52,194 nucleotides of DNA from Nocardioides sp. (lineage in GTDB: Bacteria; Actinomycetota; Actinomycetes; Propionibacteriales; Nocardioidaceae): contig JBAVCA010000033.1 in assembly GCA_049586475.1 (NCBI GenBank), positions 1 to 52,194 of the forward strand. The letters run 5' to 3'. The notes beneath the pieces are model-generated. The model had not been told where the DNA came from and searched no databases. It worked only from the letters and a program-made list of their open reading frames with translations. Positions 1-7,881 of this stretch are shown here, in pieces; positions within the stretch are counted from its first letter, which is position 1, and every line of letters begins with the position of its first letter. Made by a program: the position numbers and the translations under genes.

Positions 1-220
1 GGGTCTGGGCGAGGCGCTCGTTCTGTGCCGTCACCGCGGCTAGTGAGCGCTGGGTGTCGGCGAGCCGGAGCTCCAACCCACGCGGCTGCAGTGGGCCGTC
101 CGACAAGCGACGACGGAGGTCGGCGACCTCGGCCTCCAAGAAGCGCACCTGCGACATCAGTTCCTCGGCGCTGCGTCCCGCACCGTGTCCCCTGCTGGCA
201 CCATCATCCGTGTTCGACAT
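1..220 (-). CDS. arc: Proteasome-associated AAA ATPase Arc/Mpa, N-terminal coiled-coil (5' part only; runs off the window edge; missing from the ORF track)
   Basis: Manual translation from ATG at 220: MSNTDDG...SAEELMSQVRFLEAEVADLRRRLSDG...LELRLADTQRSLAAVTAQNERLAQT. This resembles the actinobacterial Arc N-terminal coiled coil. SD AGGAGG upstream; lies downstream of trmI as in the usual proteasome locus. Confidence 0.85.
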   Translation of the reverse strand, partial: MSNTDDGASRGHGAGRSAEELMSQVRFLEAEVADLRRRLSDGPLQPRGLELRLADTQRSLAAVTAQNERLAQT

Positions 221-304
221 TAGGCACACCTCCTGTCTGGAGGACCCTACCTGCGAGCAGCACGCACGGAAGTGGACCACCGCCGGAAGTCGGTCACGTA
301 TTTC

Positions 305-1033
305 TCACCGCCGGTAGCGCGCAGCGAAGTTCGCCAGGATGCGACCTGGGTGACGAACGTCCACCGCGGTCCCGGCAGCCAGCAGCCCTGCCGCTTCGGA
401 AGGTTCGAAGTAGCCGAAGCCGGCATAGGCCTCGATCCGCGTGGCGAGCCCCGCCAGGTCCAGCTCGGGGTGGAACTGCGTCGCATAGACGTGCTCGCCG
501 ATGCGGAAGGCCTGCACCGGGCAGGACGACGAGGTCGCCAGCACCGCCGCGTGGGCTGGAGGGACGGTGAGGCCTTCCTTGTGGCCCCCGTAGGCCGCGA
601 ACGAGGTGGGCAGCCCGGCGAAGAGCGGGTCCCGCGAACCCAGCTCGGTCAGCGACACCGCCACCGGGCCGACCGCCTCGGCATGGGTGCGGTCGACGAC
701 GCCGCCCTGGTGGGTGCCCAGGGTGCCGATGCCGTAGCAAGCGCCCAGGAAGGGGAAGTCTCGCTCGACGATCTCGTCGAGGAGTGCGAAGACGTCATCC
801 TCGGCGCGCAGCTGCCGCTCGGACTTCGCCTCGGGAGCATCGGAGTAGGTGAAGGCACCACCGCCGAGCAGCACCCCGGCGTAGTCATCGAGCTCGAGGC
901 CACACGACATGGAGCCGAGCTCCACGCGGTGGAGGTCCTTCTGCTCGAGTCGCAGGTACCGCGCGAAAGCAGCGTGCTCGTCGGCCGCCGCCACCGGCTC
1001 GGCCCGGATGGACAGCAGGGCGAGCGGCTTCAC
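305..1033 (-). CDS. Class I glutamine amidotransferase (GMP synthase GAT-like, standalone)
   Basis: FLGACYG nucleophile elbow and QFHPE motif. GTG at 1033 overlaps the trmI stop (GTGA). Confidence 0.88.
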   Translation of the reverse strand: MKPLALLSIRAEPVAAADEHAAFARYLRLEQKDLHRVELGSMSCGLELDDYAGVLLGGGAFTYSDAPEAKSERQLRAEDDVFALLDEIVERDFPFLGACYGIGTLGTHQGGVVDRTHAEAVGPVAVSLTELGSRDPLFAGLPTSFAAYGGHKEGLTVPPAHAAVLATSSSCPVQAFRIGEHVYATQFHPELDLAGLATRIEAYAGFGYFEPSEAAGLLAAGTAVDVRHPGRILANFAARYRR

Positions 1034-2001
1034 GACGGTACGACGTCCTCCGGACGCGGCCCGGTGTAGTCCTCGCCGTAGGCGCCTGGTGCCGGGCGCC
1101 GACTCTTGCGGGGAGCCTTCTGGCCCGGCCCCATCCGGCGAGCCGTGACGAGGAACGCTGTGTGACCGATCATCTTGTGTCCCGGACGCACGGCAAGACC
1201 TTCGACGTGCCAGTCGCGGACCAACGACTCCCACGCCTGCGGCTCGGTGAAGCCGCCATGGACTCGCACGGTCTCGATGAAGCGCGACAGCTGTGTGGTG
1301 GTGGCCACGTAGGCGCACACGATGCCTCCGGGGCGCAGTGCGTCGGCTGCGGCGTCCAGGCACTCCCACGGAGCGAGCATGTCGAGAATGATCCGGTCGC
1401 AGCGCACCCCGGACGCCGACAGCTCCTCCGCGAGATCGCCCAAGGTGAGGGTCCAGGCCGGGTGTCCGGGGGCGTCGGGCTCGTTCGGTACCCCGAAGAA
1501 CTGGTTGACGTTGCGGCGCGCGACGTCAGCGAACTCCTCGCGCCGCTCGTAGGAGAGCACCCGTCCGTGAGGTCCTACGGCGCGCAGGAGCGAGCAGGTC
1601 AGCGCCCCGGAGCCCACTCCCGCCTCGACGACGTCCGCCCCGGGGAAGATGTCGGCCATGGCCACGATCTGGGCCGCGTCCTTGGGATAGACGACCGCCG
1701 CGCCGCGCGGCATCGAGACGACGAACTCGGAGAGCAACGGACGGAACACGAGGTACTCACCGCCGGAGGTGGAGGTGACCGTGAAGCCCTCTTCTCGTCC
1801 GATCAGCTCGTCGTGCTCCATCCCGCCACGGTTGGTGTGGAACGTCTTGCCGGCTTCGAGGCAGATGTTGTGCTTACGCCCCTTCGCATCGACCAGGCGC
1901 ACCCATTCTCCTGCTCGCAAGGGGCCGCGGTGGACTCCCGACCAGGCTTCCGGGGCGACGTCGACATTCTCACTCGGCTGATCGCGATCACTGGTGGGCA
2001 C
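1030..2001 (-). CDS. trmI: tRNA (adenine-58-N1)-methyltransferase
   Basis: MPRGAAVVYPKD, VEAGVGSGALT SAM motif, LDMLAPW, HTAFL. TACGGT -10 lies 6 nt before GTG. Confidence 0.95.
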   Translation of the reverse strand: MPTSDRDQPSENVDVAPEAWSGVHRGPLRAGEWVRLVDAKGRKHNICLEAGKTFHTNRGGMEHDELIGREEGFTVTSTSGGEYLVFRPLLSEFVVSMPRGAAVVYPKDAAQIVAMADIFPGADVVEAGVGSGALTCSLLRAVGPHGRVLSYERREEFADVARRNVNQFFGVPNEPDAPGHPAWTLTLGDLAEELSASGVRCDRIILDMLAPWECLDAAADALRPGGIVCAYVATTTQLSRFIETVRVHGGFTEPQAWESLVRDWHVEGLAVRPGHKMIGHTAFLVTARRMGPGQKAPRKSRRPAPGAYGEDYTGPRPEDVVPS

Positions 2002-2059
2002 CGCGGAACCGTACCCGAGGCGTGCCTCGGACCCACGGTCCGCGGGCTTCCCGCCGGCT

Positions 2060-3193
2060 TCAGCGAACCCGCACCGCTCGATCGAGGTCGCTCAGCGCCA
2101 GCACGCCTACGAGCAGTCCGGCGGCGTCCACCAGGAGATACTCCGCGACGGGAGCCTTGCGGATCGCGGTCAAGAGCTCATCGCCGGTGATGTCAGCCGG
2201 CAGTCGATGGTTCGCCCCGACCGGCCGGGTCACCTCGGAGGTCGGGACCCAGGGGCGCCGTTCGTCGGGTACGTCCGCCAGGGCAGCGTCGCTCACGACC
2301 CCCACCACCCGCCCGACCGTGTCGGTCGTCACCAGTCCGGGTGAGTCTGCAACCTGGGCGCGACGTACGGCTTCGGCGAGCGGGAGGTCACCCGACACCG
2401 CCAGCGTCCGCCGGACGAGGTCGCGCACCACGAGCTCGCCGACCTGCAGGCGAAGTCGGGCAACGGCGAGCTCGTTGGTGGCCATCGCCCACAGCAGCAG
2501 CGAGAGCGCCACGCCGAGGATCATGTCGCTCACGGGGATCCCGTCCTGGACCAGCGGCGCGATCACCAAGGTCAGCACCATCACCAGCACGGCGACGACC
2601 TGGCCCACCTGCGCCGCCAGGACCGAGCCACGACGAGGCGATCCGGTCAGCTTCCATGCCGCGGCTTTCACCAGGCGTCCGCCGTCCATCGGCGGTGCCG
2701 GCACGAGGTCGAGCAGGCCCAGCACCAGGTTGGCCAGGACAATCACCTCTAGTGCGATGGCCGTCAGTCCGTCGCCGACGAGCAGTCGCAGCCCCAGAGC
2801 CGATGCCCCGAGGGACAGGGAGACGATCGGTCCGACGGCCGCAGTGATGAACTCCTCACGGGGAGAGCGGGCCTCGCCGTCCACGGCCGTCCGACCTCCG
2901 ATCAGGCTGAGCGTGATCGACTCGACCTCTTGCCCGTATCGCTGAGCAGCCACGGCGTGGGCCAGCTCGTGGGCGAGCACTGCTGCGTAGACCGCCAACC
3001 CGATCGCGGCACCGACGAGATAGGAGCCGAGGCCGAGCCCCGGTCGGACCTGTTCGATCCGAGGGGCCAGGGCCACCGCCAGCACCGCGACCAGTACGAG
3101 TGTGGTGACCGACGCTCGGACAGGGACGCCGGCTACCGAGCCGATCGAGATGAGGCCGGGAGTTCCCGCGGACCGAGCGGGAGACGAGGACAT
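2060..3193 (-). CDS. Site-2 protease (M50) with C-terminal CBS-like region (Rip3-like)
   Basis: HELAH zinc motif, AVGP, PPMDGG, several TM segments, CBS-like C-terminus. Confidence 0.88.
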   Translation of the reverse strand: MSSSPARSAGTPGLISIGSVAGVPVRASVTTLVLVAVLAVALAPRIEQVRPGLGLGSYLVGAAIGLAVYAAVLAHELAHAVAAQRYGQEVESITLSLIGGRTAVDGEARSPREEFITAAVGPIVSLSLGASALGLRLLVGDGLTAIALEVIVLANLVLGLLDLVPAPPMDGGRLVKAAAWKLTGSPRRGSVLAAQVGQVVAVLVMVLTLVIAPLVQDGIPVSDMILGVALSLLLWAMATNELAVARLRLQVGELVVRDLVRRTLAVSGDLPLAEAVRRAQVADSPGLVTTDTVGRVVGVVSDAALADVPDERRPWVPTSEVTRPVGANHRLPADITGDELLTAIRKAPVAEYLLVDAAGLLVGVLALSDLDRAVRVR

Positions 3194-3229
3194 GGGACTG
3201 AGCCTAGTAGAGCCTCTTAAGGTGGGGTC

Positions 3230-4153
3230 ATGAGCAGCGGAGCGGGGTTGTCACCGGCCGAGCGGGTCACGACCCCGGTCGACGGCGTGCACGTCCTCGG
3301 GTCGCTCTCCCCCAGCCGGACGTCCGACTTCCTGGCCTGCCCGCTGCGCTATCGATTCCGCACCATCGACCAGCTGGCCGAGCCACCCTCCCCCGCCGCC
3401 GTGCGCGGCACAGTCGTGCACCAGGTGCTCGAGGATCTCTTCGACCTCCCGGCGTCCGAGCGCACGCCGGCGGCCGGCAACGCCCTGCTCCTCCGAGCCT
3501 GGGAGGCGATCTCGGCCGCTGACCCCGACCTCGGCCAGATGTTCGCGCCCCGCGATCCTCAAGGGCCGGATCAGGCAGCCTGGCTCGACTCGTGCCGTCT
3601 GGCGGTGGAGACCTACTTCTCGCTGGAGGATCCGCGCTGCCTGGAGCCTGCCGAACGTGAGTTCTACGTCGAGTCGGTACTGAGCTCCCGGCTGTTGCTC
3701 AGGGGCTTCATCGATCGACTCGACATCGCACCGGACGGCGCGGTCCGCATCGTCGACTACAAGACGGGCCGGTCGCCAGGCGAGGGCTTCGAGGCCCGAG
3801 CACTCTTCCAGCTCAAGTTCTACGCGCTGATCCTGTGGCGGATGCGGGGCGTGGTCCCGACCATGCTCCAGCTCGTCTACCTCGGCAACGCCGAGGTGCT
3901 TCGCTACCTTCCAGACGAGCAGGACCTCGTCGCCACCGAACGGAAGGCCGAGGCGGTATGGCGTGCGATCGAGGAGGCGCGATCGACCGGTGAGTGGCAA
4001 CCGCAGCCCGGCCCGCTGTGCACCTGGTGTTCCTTCCAAACCCTGTGTCCCGCTTTCGGGGGCACGCCGCCACCCCTCCCGCAGCCGACCGAGGCGGCCG
4101 TGGTCACAGACCATGCCGTTCTGCCCACAGCGCAGCCTGCGTGCGATCACTGA
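3230..4153 (+). CDS. RecB-family PD-(D/E)XK exonuclease with Cys cluster
   Basis: LSPS...CP, GTVVH, RGFIDRLD, IVDYKTG, QLKFY, C-terminal CTWCSFQTLCP. Confidence 0.9.
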   Translation: MSSGAGLSPAERVTTPVDGVHVLGSLSPSRTSDFLACPLRYRFRTIDQLAEPPSPAAVRGTVVHQVLEDLFDLPASERTPAAGNALLLRAWEAISAADPDLGQMFAPRDPQGPDQAAWLDSCRLAVETYFSLEDPRCLEPAEREFYVESVLSSRLLLRGFIDRLDIAPDGAVRIVDYKTGRSPGEGFEARALFQLKFYALILWRMRGVVPTMLQLVYLGNAEVLRYLPDEQDLVATERKAEAVWRAIEEARSTGEWQPQPGPLCTWCSFQTLCPAFGGTPPPLPQPTEAAVVTDHAVLPTAQPACDH

Positions 4154-4745
4154 CGCCGATGCGGGCGAAGGCGGAGGTCAGGTGGGCCTTGACCGTACGC
4201 TCGCTGATCTCGAGACGTCGTGCGATCTGCTTGTTCTGGTAGCCGTCCTTGACGAGCGCCAGCACCTCGGTCTCGCGGACGGTCAGCTGTGGGGTCGAGG
4301 TCGCGGTGCGAGCCCCGATCAGAGACCGTGCGGCCTTGGGGTGAAGAGGCGACTGGCCTTGACGCACCAACCGAATGCCGTCCAGCACTTCATCGGGGTC
4401 GACGTCCTTCAGCAAGTAGCCAACGGCCCCGGCCCCGAGGGCGCCCAGGATGCGATCGCTGTCGGAGAACGACGTGAGGATCAGCACATCTGCCAGCTCT
4501 TCGTCAACGATGCGCCGCGTTGCCTCCACCCCGTCCATCCCGGGCATCTGGAGGTCCATCAGGACGACGTCAGGACGCGTGGAGCGGACGATCTCGAGTG
4601 CCTGGGCGCCGTTGCTCGCCTCGCCGACGACCTCGATGTCGGAGGCGGTGCCCAAGAACTGCGCCAACCCGGTCCGAACCATCGCGTGATCATCGACCAG
4701 CACCACGCGAATGCACGGAGCGGGAGCCGGGTCGTCCTCACCCAT
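4104..4745 (-). CDS. NarL/LuxR-family response regulator
   Basis: VVLVDDH, VLMDLQMPGMDG, GYLLKD receiver motifs; LTVRETEVL...NKQIARRLEISERTVKAH HTH. Confidence 0.93.
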   Translation of the reverse strand: MGEDDPAPAPCIRVVLVDDHAMVRTGLAQFLGTASDIEVVGEASNGAQALEIVRSTRPDVVLMDLQMPGMDGVEATRRIVDEELADVLILTSFSDSDRILGALGAGAVGYLLKDVDPDEVLDGIRLVRQGQSPLHPKAARSLIGARTATSTPQLTVRETEVLALVKDGYQNKQIARRLEISERTVKAHLTSAFARIGVSDRTQAALWAERHGL

Positions 4746-6051
4746 CGACCTGCACCTCCAGCCGGACCGTGGTCCCGGTACCGATCTGCGAGACGACCGA
4801 CAAGCTGCCGCCTCGATCCTCGGCAAGACTGGACATGCCCGTCAGACCGTAGCGATCAGGCAGACGAGGCAGATCGGTGTCGAACCCGAGCCCGTTGTCG
4901 GTCACCTCGAGCGTCAGCACCGATCCCTGCCGGCTCACCGACACAGCAAGCGTCGACGCCTCCGAGTGGCGCACCGCGTTGCGGACTGCCTCTTGGGCGA
5001 CGCGGAGCAGCAGTGAGGCCTGGGCATCACTGGCGGCCTCGGCCCCGTCGACCCGCACCGACGCGGCGATGCCCTGCGCAGCAGCCGGAGCAACCAGGTC
5101 GGCCAAGGCCGCCGACAGCCCCCCTGCGGAGACCTCGGGCGGTGGAATCTTCGACAGGAGAGAACGCAGCGATTTCAACGCATCTCGCACAGTTCGGTTG
5201 GACTCCTCGATCGCGCTCTGCAGAGGCGGCGGCAGCGCCGGGTCCCTGCTGAGGGCAGCCAAGGTGAACGCAGTGCCGGTGAGGTCCTGCACCGCGCCGT
5301 CGTGCAGGTCGCGGGCGATCCGACGACGCTCCGCGTCCGAGGTGTCGAGCCCGGCTTGGAGCAGGCGCTCGCGCTCTTCACCCGCAGCCGCCACCTGCCG
5401 AGTCAGCAGCCGGATGATCGGAGTGACCATGACCAGCAGCAGCACCAGAGCACCAAGCGTGATGTAGCGGAACGGCTGGTAGATCTGTCGGCGCCGCTCT
5501 TCTAGGTCGTCGAGGGAGTAGAACGCCTCGAACAACAACGGTGTGGCCTGCCGTGGTTCACGAAACGCCGGGCCGCGGGCCATGACGCGGGTGTAGATCC
5601 GCACTGTGCCCACGGGGGCTGCCGTAGGATTCTCGCTCGCTGGCGTACCGACGGGCAGGAGAGCCTCGCCCGTCCCGCCCTCCTCCATGATCTCTGCCTG
5701 ACCCTCATCGAGCCCGAACTCCGAGCCGATCAGATCGACCTCGCTGCTGTAGATAAGGGTGCCGTCAGCGGTCCAGATGTTGACTCGCTGGACGTTGCGG
5801 ACGATCAGCCGCGTCGAGACGGCGCGATCGAAGCGGTCCAGCTCACGGAAACTGCCCCTGATCAGTCCTGGGCTGAGGCGTGGTCGAGCGACGGACTTGG
5901 CCAGCACCTGGTTGACCGAACGCGCCTCGGCCCGGGCTTCCTGATCCGCGGCCTCCCGGGCAACGAAGCCGGTCGCAAAGGTCAAGATCACCAGGGTGAC
6001 CGCGCCGATCGCCAGGAACCGGACGATCGGGCTTCGAAGCAGGGCCCTCAG
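4738..6051 (-). CDS. Membrane sensor histidine kinase (HisKA_3); start uncertain, possibly CTG at 6051
   Basis: Two TM helices around an extracytoplasmic domain, ERRRIARDLHDG H-box, QEAVRNAVRH N-box, DNGLG and GTGT G-boxes. Confidence 0.88.
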   Translation of the reverse strand: MRALLRSPIVRFLAIGAVTLVILTFATGFVAREAADQEARAEARSVNQVLAKSVARPRLSPGLIRGSFRELDRFDRAVSTRLIVRNVQRVNIWTADGTLIYSSEVDLIGSEFGLDEGQAEIMEEGGTGEALLPVGTPASENPTAAPVGTVRIYTRVMARGPAFREPRQATPLLFEAFYSLDDLEERRRQIYQPFRYITLGALVLLLVMVTPIIRLLTRQVAAAGEERERLLQAGLDTSDAERRRIARDLHDGAVQDLTGTAFTLAALSRDPALPPPLQSAIEESNRTVRDALKSLRSLLSKIPPPEVSAGGLSAALADLVAPAAAQGIAASVRVDGAEAASDAQASLLLRVAQEAVRNAVRHSEASTLAVSVSRQGSVLTLEVTDNGLGFDTDLPRLPDRYGLTGMSSLAEDRGGSLSVVSQIGTGTTVRLEVQVDG

Positions 6052-6446
6052 AGGGCCAGCTCCCCACGGCAGACTTCGCCGGTGACAGTGTTCTCTGCCC
6101 GGAAGCCGATCAGGTCGGTGCCTGGTGCGTCGATCATCTGCCGCGTGATCTTGAAGGACCTGTCGGCATTCCTGGCCTGGACAGTGCCCCGCGCGGACAC
6201 CTCCTGGTTGTGCAGCAACTTCCACGCCCACTCGTCGGTGTCGTCGCTGACCACGACCCCCGCAACGATGAAGCGCGAGTTCTCAGTCGAATTCACCCTG
6301 AGCTTGTAATAGGTGGAGCTTTCCGCAGATCCACAGCCGCCCCGGTCGATCTCGGCGTCACCCGCCGCCGCCACTGGGGCGGAGAGGGTCGCCGCTGACC
6401 CCAGAACAAAGATGAGTGCGACGACGAGACGATACCGGGGCGACAT
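6048..6446 (-). CDS. Small secreted hypothetical protein (~132 aa, two Cys)
   Basis: Signal peptide MSPRYRLVVALIFVLGSAATLSAPVAAA; beta-rich mature region; first gene of the TCS unit. Confidence 0.75.
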   Translation of the reverse strand: MSPRYRLVVALIFVLGSAATLSAPVAAAGDAEIDRGGCGSAESSTYYKLRVNSTENSRFIVAGVVVSDDTDEWAWKLLHNQEVSARGTVQARNADRSFKITRQMIDAPGTDLIGFRAENTVTGEVCRGELAL

Positions 6447-6531
6447 GTGAACCTGCTTTCTGTGAGCGGAGGGCCGCTCCTCCACCACCTGGAGTATGCA
6501 GGCAGGGGCCGACCACAACTATTGTCCGAAG

Positions 6532-6550
6532 GTACTAGTACTAGTACTAC
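6532..6550. promoter_or_regulatory. Palindromic 7-2-7-type operator candidate (GTACTAGTACTAGTACTAC)
   Basis: 16-bp perfect palindrome at 6532-6547, and CTAGTAC-TA-GTACTAC at 6535-6550, upstream of a CATACT -10 candidate (6493-6498, minus strand). Confidence 0.55.
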
Positions 6551-7881
6551 CGCTCTGCTTCCTTCATCACGCCATCCGGCTGTTCACCGTGGAGGACGCA
6601 GGCAACCTGCACGCCGCCGGCTGCCCGCAGTGCGGGGTCGACTCCCTCTGCGAAGGACACTCGGAGCTTTCCGTGCGAGGCCTCGAGCGACTCGACCCCG
6701 GTCCAGAACGGCTCAGCGGGATCCTCGATCCGGATCCGCTCCAGCAGTCGGAGGGCCGCGTCGGCATCCTCGACCCGTAGGCGGACCTCGGTGCTGGGCT
6801 CGTCGAGCCGGTCGAGATCGCCGACCTGGTCACGTTCGCTCTCGTAGTCGTCAGGGTTACCCGAGGTCCAGTGCTGCTCGAGCAGCGCGCGCAGGTCGCG
6901 GGACTCCCAGCCGCAAGCGGACACCGCTTCCGGGCAGCGAGGATGGAACGAGCACCCGAGCGGGGGCACCGCGGCGTCCGGAATCTCTCCACGGGGTAGG
7001 TCGCGCGCCACCATGCGTTCTGGGTCGGGCTCCGGGATCGCCTTGAGCAAGGCCTTGGTGTACGGGTGGCGGGGGTTGGCGAAGATCTCGGCCGTGGGCC
7101 CGATCTCCACCACCCGCCCGAGGTACATGATCGCGATCCGGTCGCAGAAGAATTTCGCGCTGGCCAGGTCGTGGGTGATGTAGAGGTACGTCAGCCCGAG
7201 CTCCTGCTTCAGGTCCAGCATCAGCTGCAGGATCTTGGCTCGCACGCTCATGTCGAGCATCGAGACCGGTTCGTCCGCCACCAGGACCTCTGGCTCCAGG
7301 ATGATTGCCCTGGCGATCACCGCTCGCTGCTTCTGCCCGCCCGAGAGGTCGGCGGGGTACTTCGTGGCAAAGCGCTCCACCGGGGCCAGCCCCACCTTCT
7401 CGAGCACCGCCTCGACCCGAGCCTTCAGCTCAGCACCCGAGGCGATCTTGTGGATCACCAGCGGATGACCCACCGCCTCAGCGATCGTCATCGATGGGTT
7501 GAGCGCCGCGTTCGGGTCCTGGAAGACCATCTGTAGGTCGGTGCGCAGGCGACGCAGCTCGGCGCCCCGCATCGCCGAGACCCGGCGCTCTCCCTGCGAC
7601 GAGTGGTAGGTGATCGATCCGCTCGTGGTCGGAGCGAGGCCCAACAGGGCTCGTCCGAGCGTGGTCTTCCCACTCCCGGACTCTCCTACCACGCCGAGCA
7701 CCTCGCCGCGGCGCAGGTCGACCGTGACACCGTCGATGGCCTTGACGGTGCGGGCCTTCAGCCCGAGGAGGCGCGAGAGCGCTCCGCCCTGCAGCTGATA
7801 GTGCACCTCGAGCCTGTCGGTCTCGATCACGGTGCTCGACGGCGTCGCGGCTTCTTGGGATGCTTCAGGCTTCGTCGGCAA
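6547..7881 (-). CDS. Oligo/dipeptide ABC transporter ATP-binding subunit (DppF/OppF-like) with C-terminal insertion
   Basis: GESGSGKT Walker A, LSGGQKQR, ADEP, HPYT, GCSFHPRC motif. Confidence 0.92.
   Translation of the reverse strand: MPTKPEASQEAATPSSTVIETDRLEVHYQLQGGALSRLLGLKARTVKAIDGVTVDLRRGEVLGVVGESGSGKTTLGRALLGLAPTTSGSITYHSSQGERRVSAMRGAELRRLRTDLQMVFQDPNAALNPSMTIAEAVGHPLVIHKIASGAELKARVEAVLEKVGLAPVERFATKYPADLSGGQKQRAVIARAIILEPEVLVADEPVSMLDMSVRAKILQLMLDLKQELGLTYLYITHDLASAKFFCDRIAIMYLGRVVEIGPTAEIFANPRHPYTKALLKAIPEPDPERMVARDLPRGEIPDAAVPPLGCSFHPRCPEAVSACGWESRDLRALLEQHWTSGNPDDYESERDQVGDLDRLDEPSTEVRLRVEDADAALRLLERIRIEDPAEPFWTGVESLEASHGKLRVSFAEGVDPALRAAGGVQVACVLHGEQPDGVMKEAER

Noticed and set aside
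3230..4153. RecB-family nuclease as Cas4 or part of a defence system
   Set aside because: No cas genes or repeat-spacer array in the window; this nuclease is a usual resident of the trmI/arc neighbourhood.
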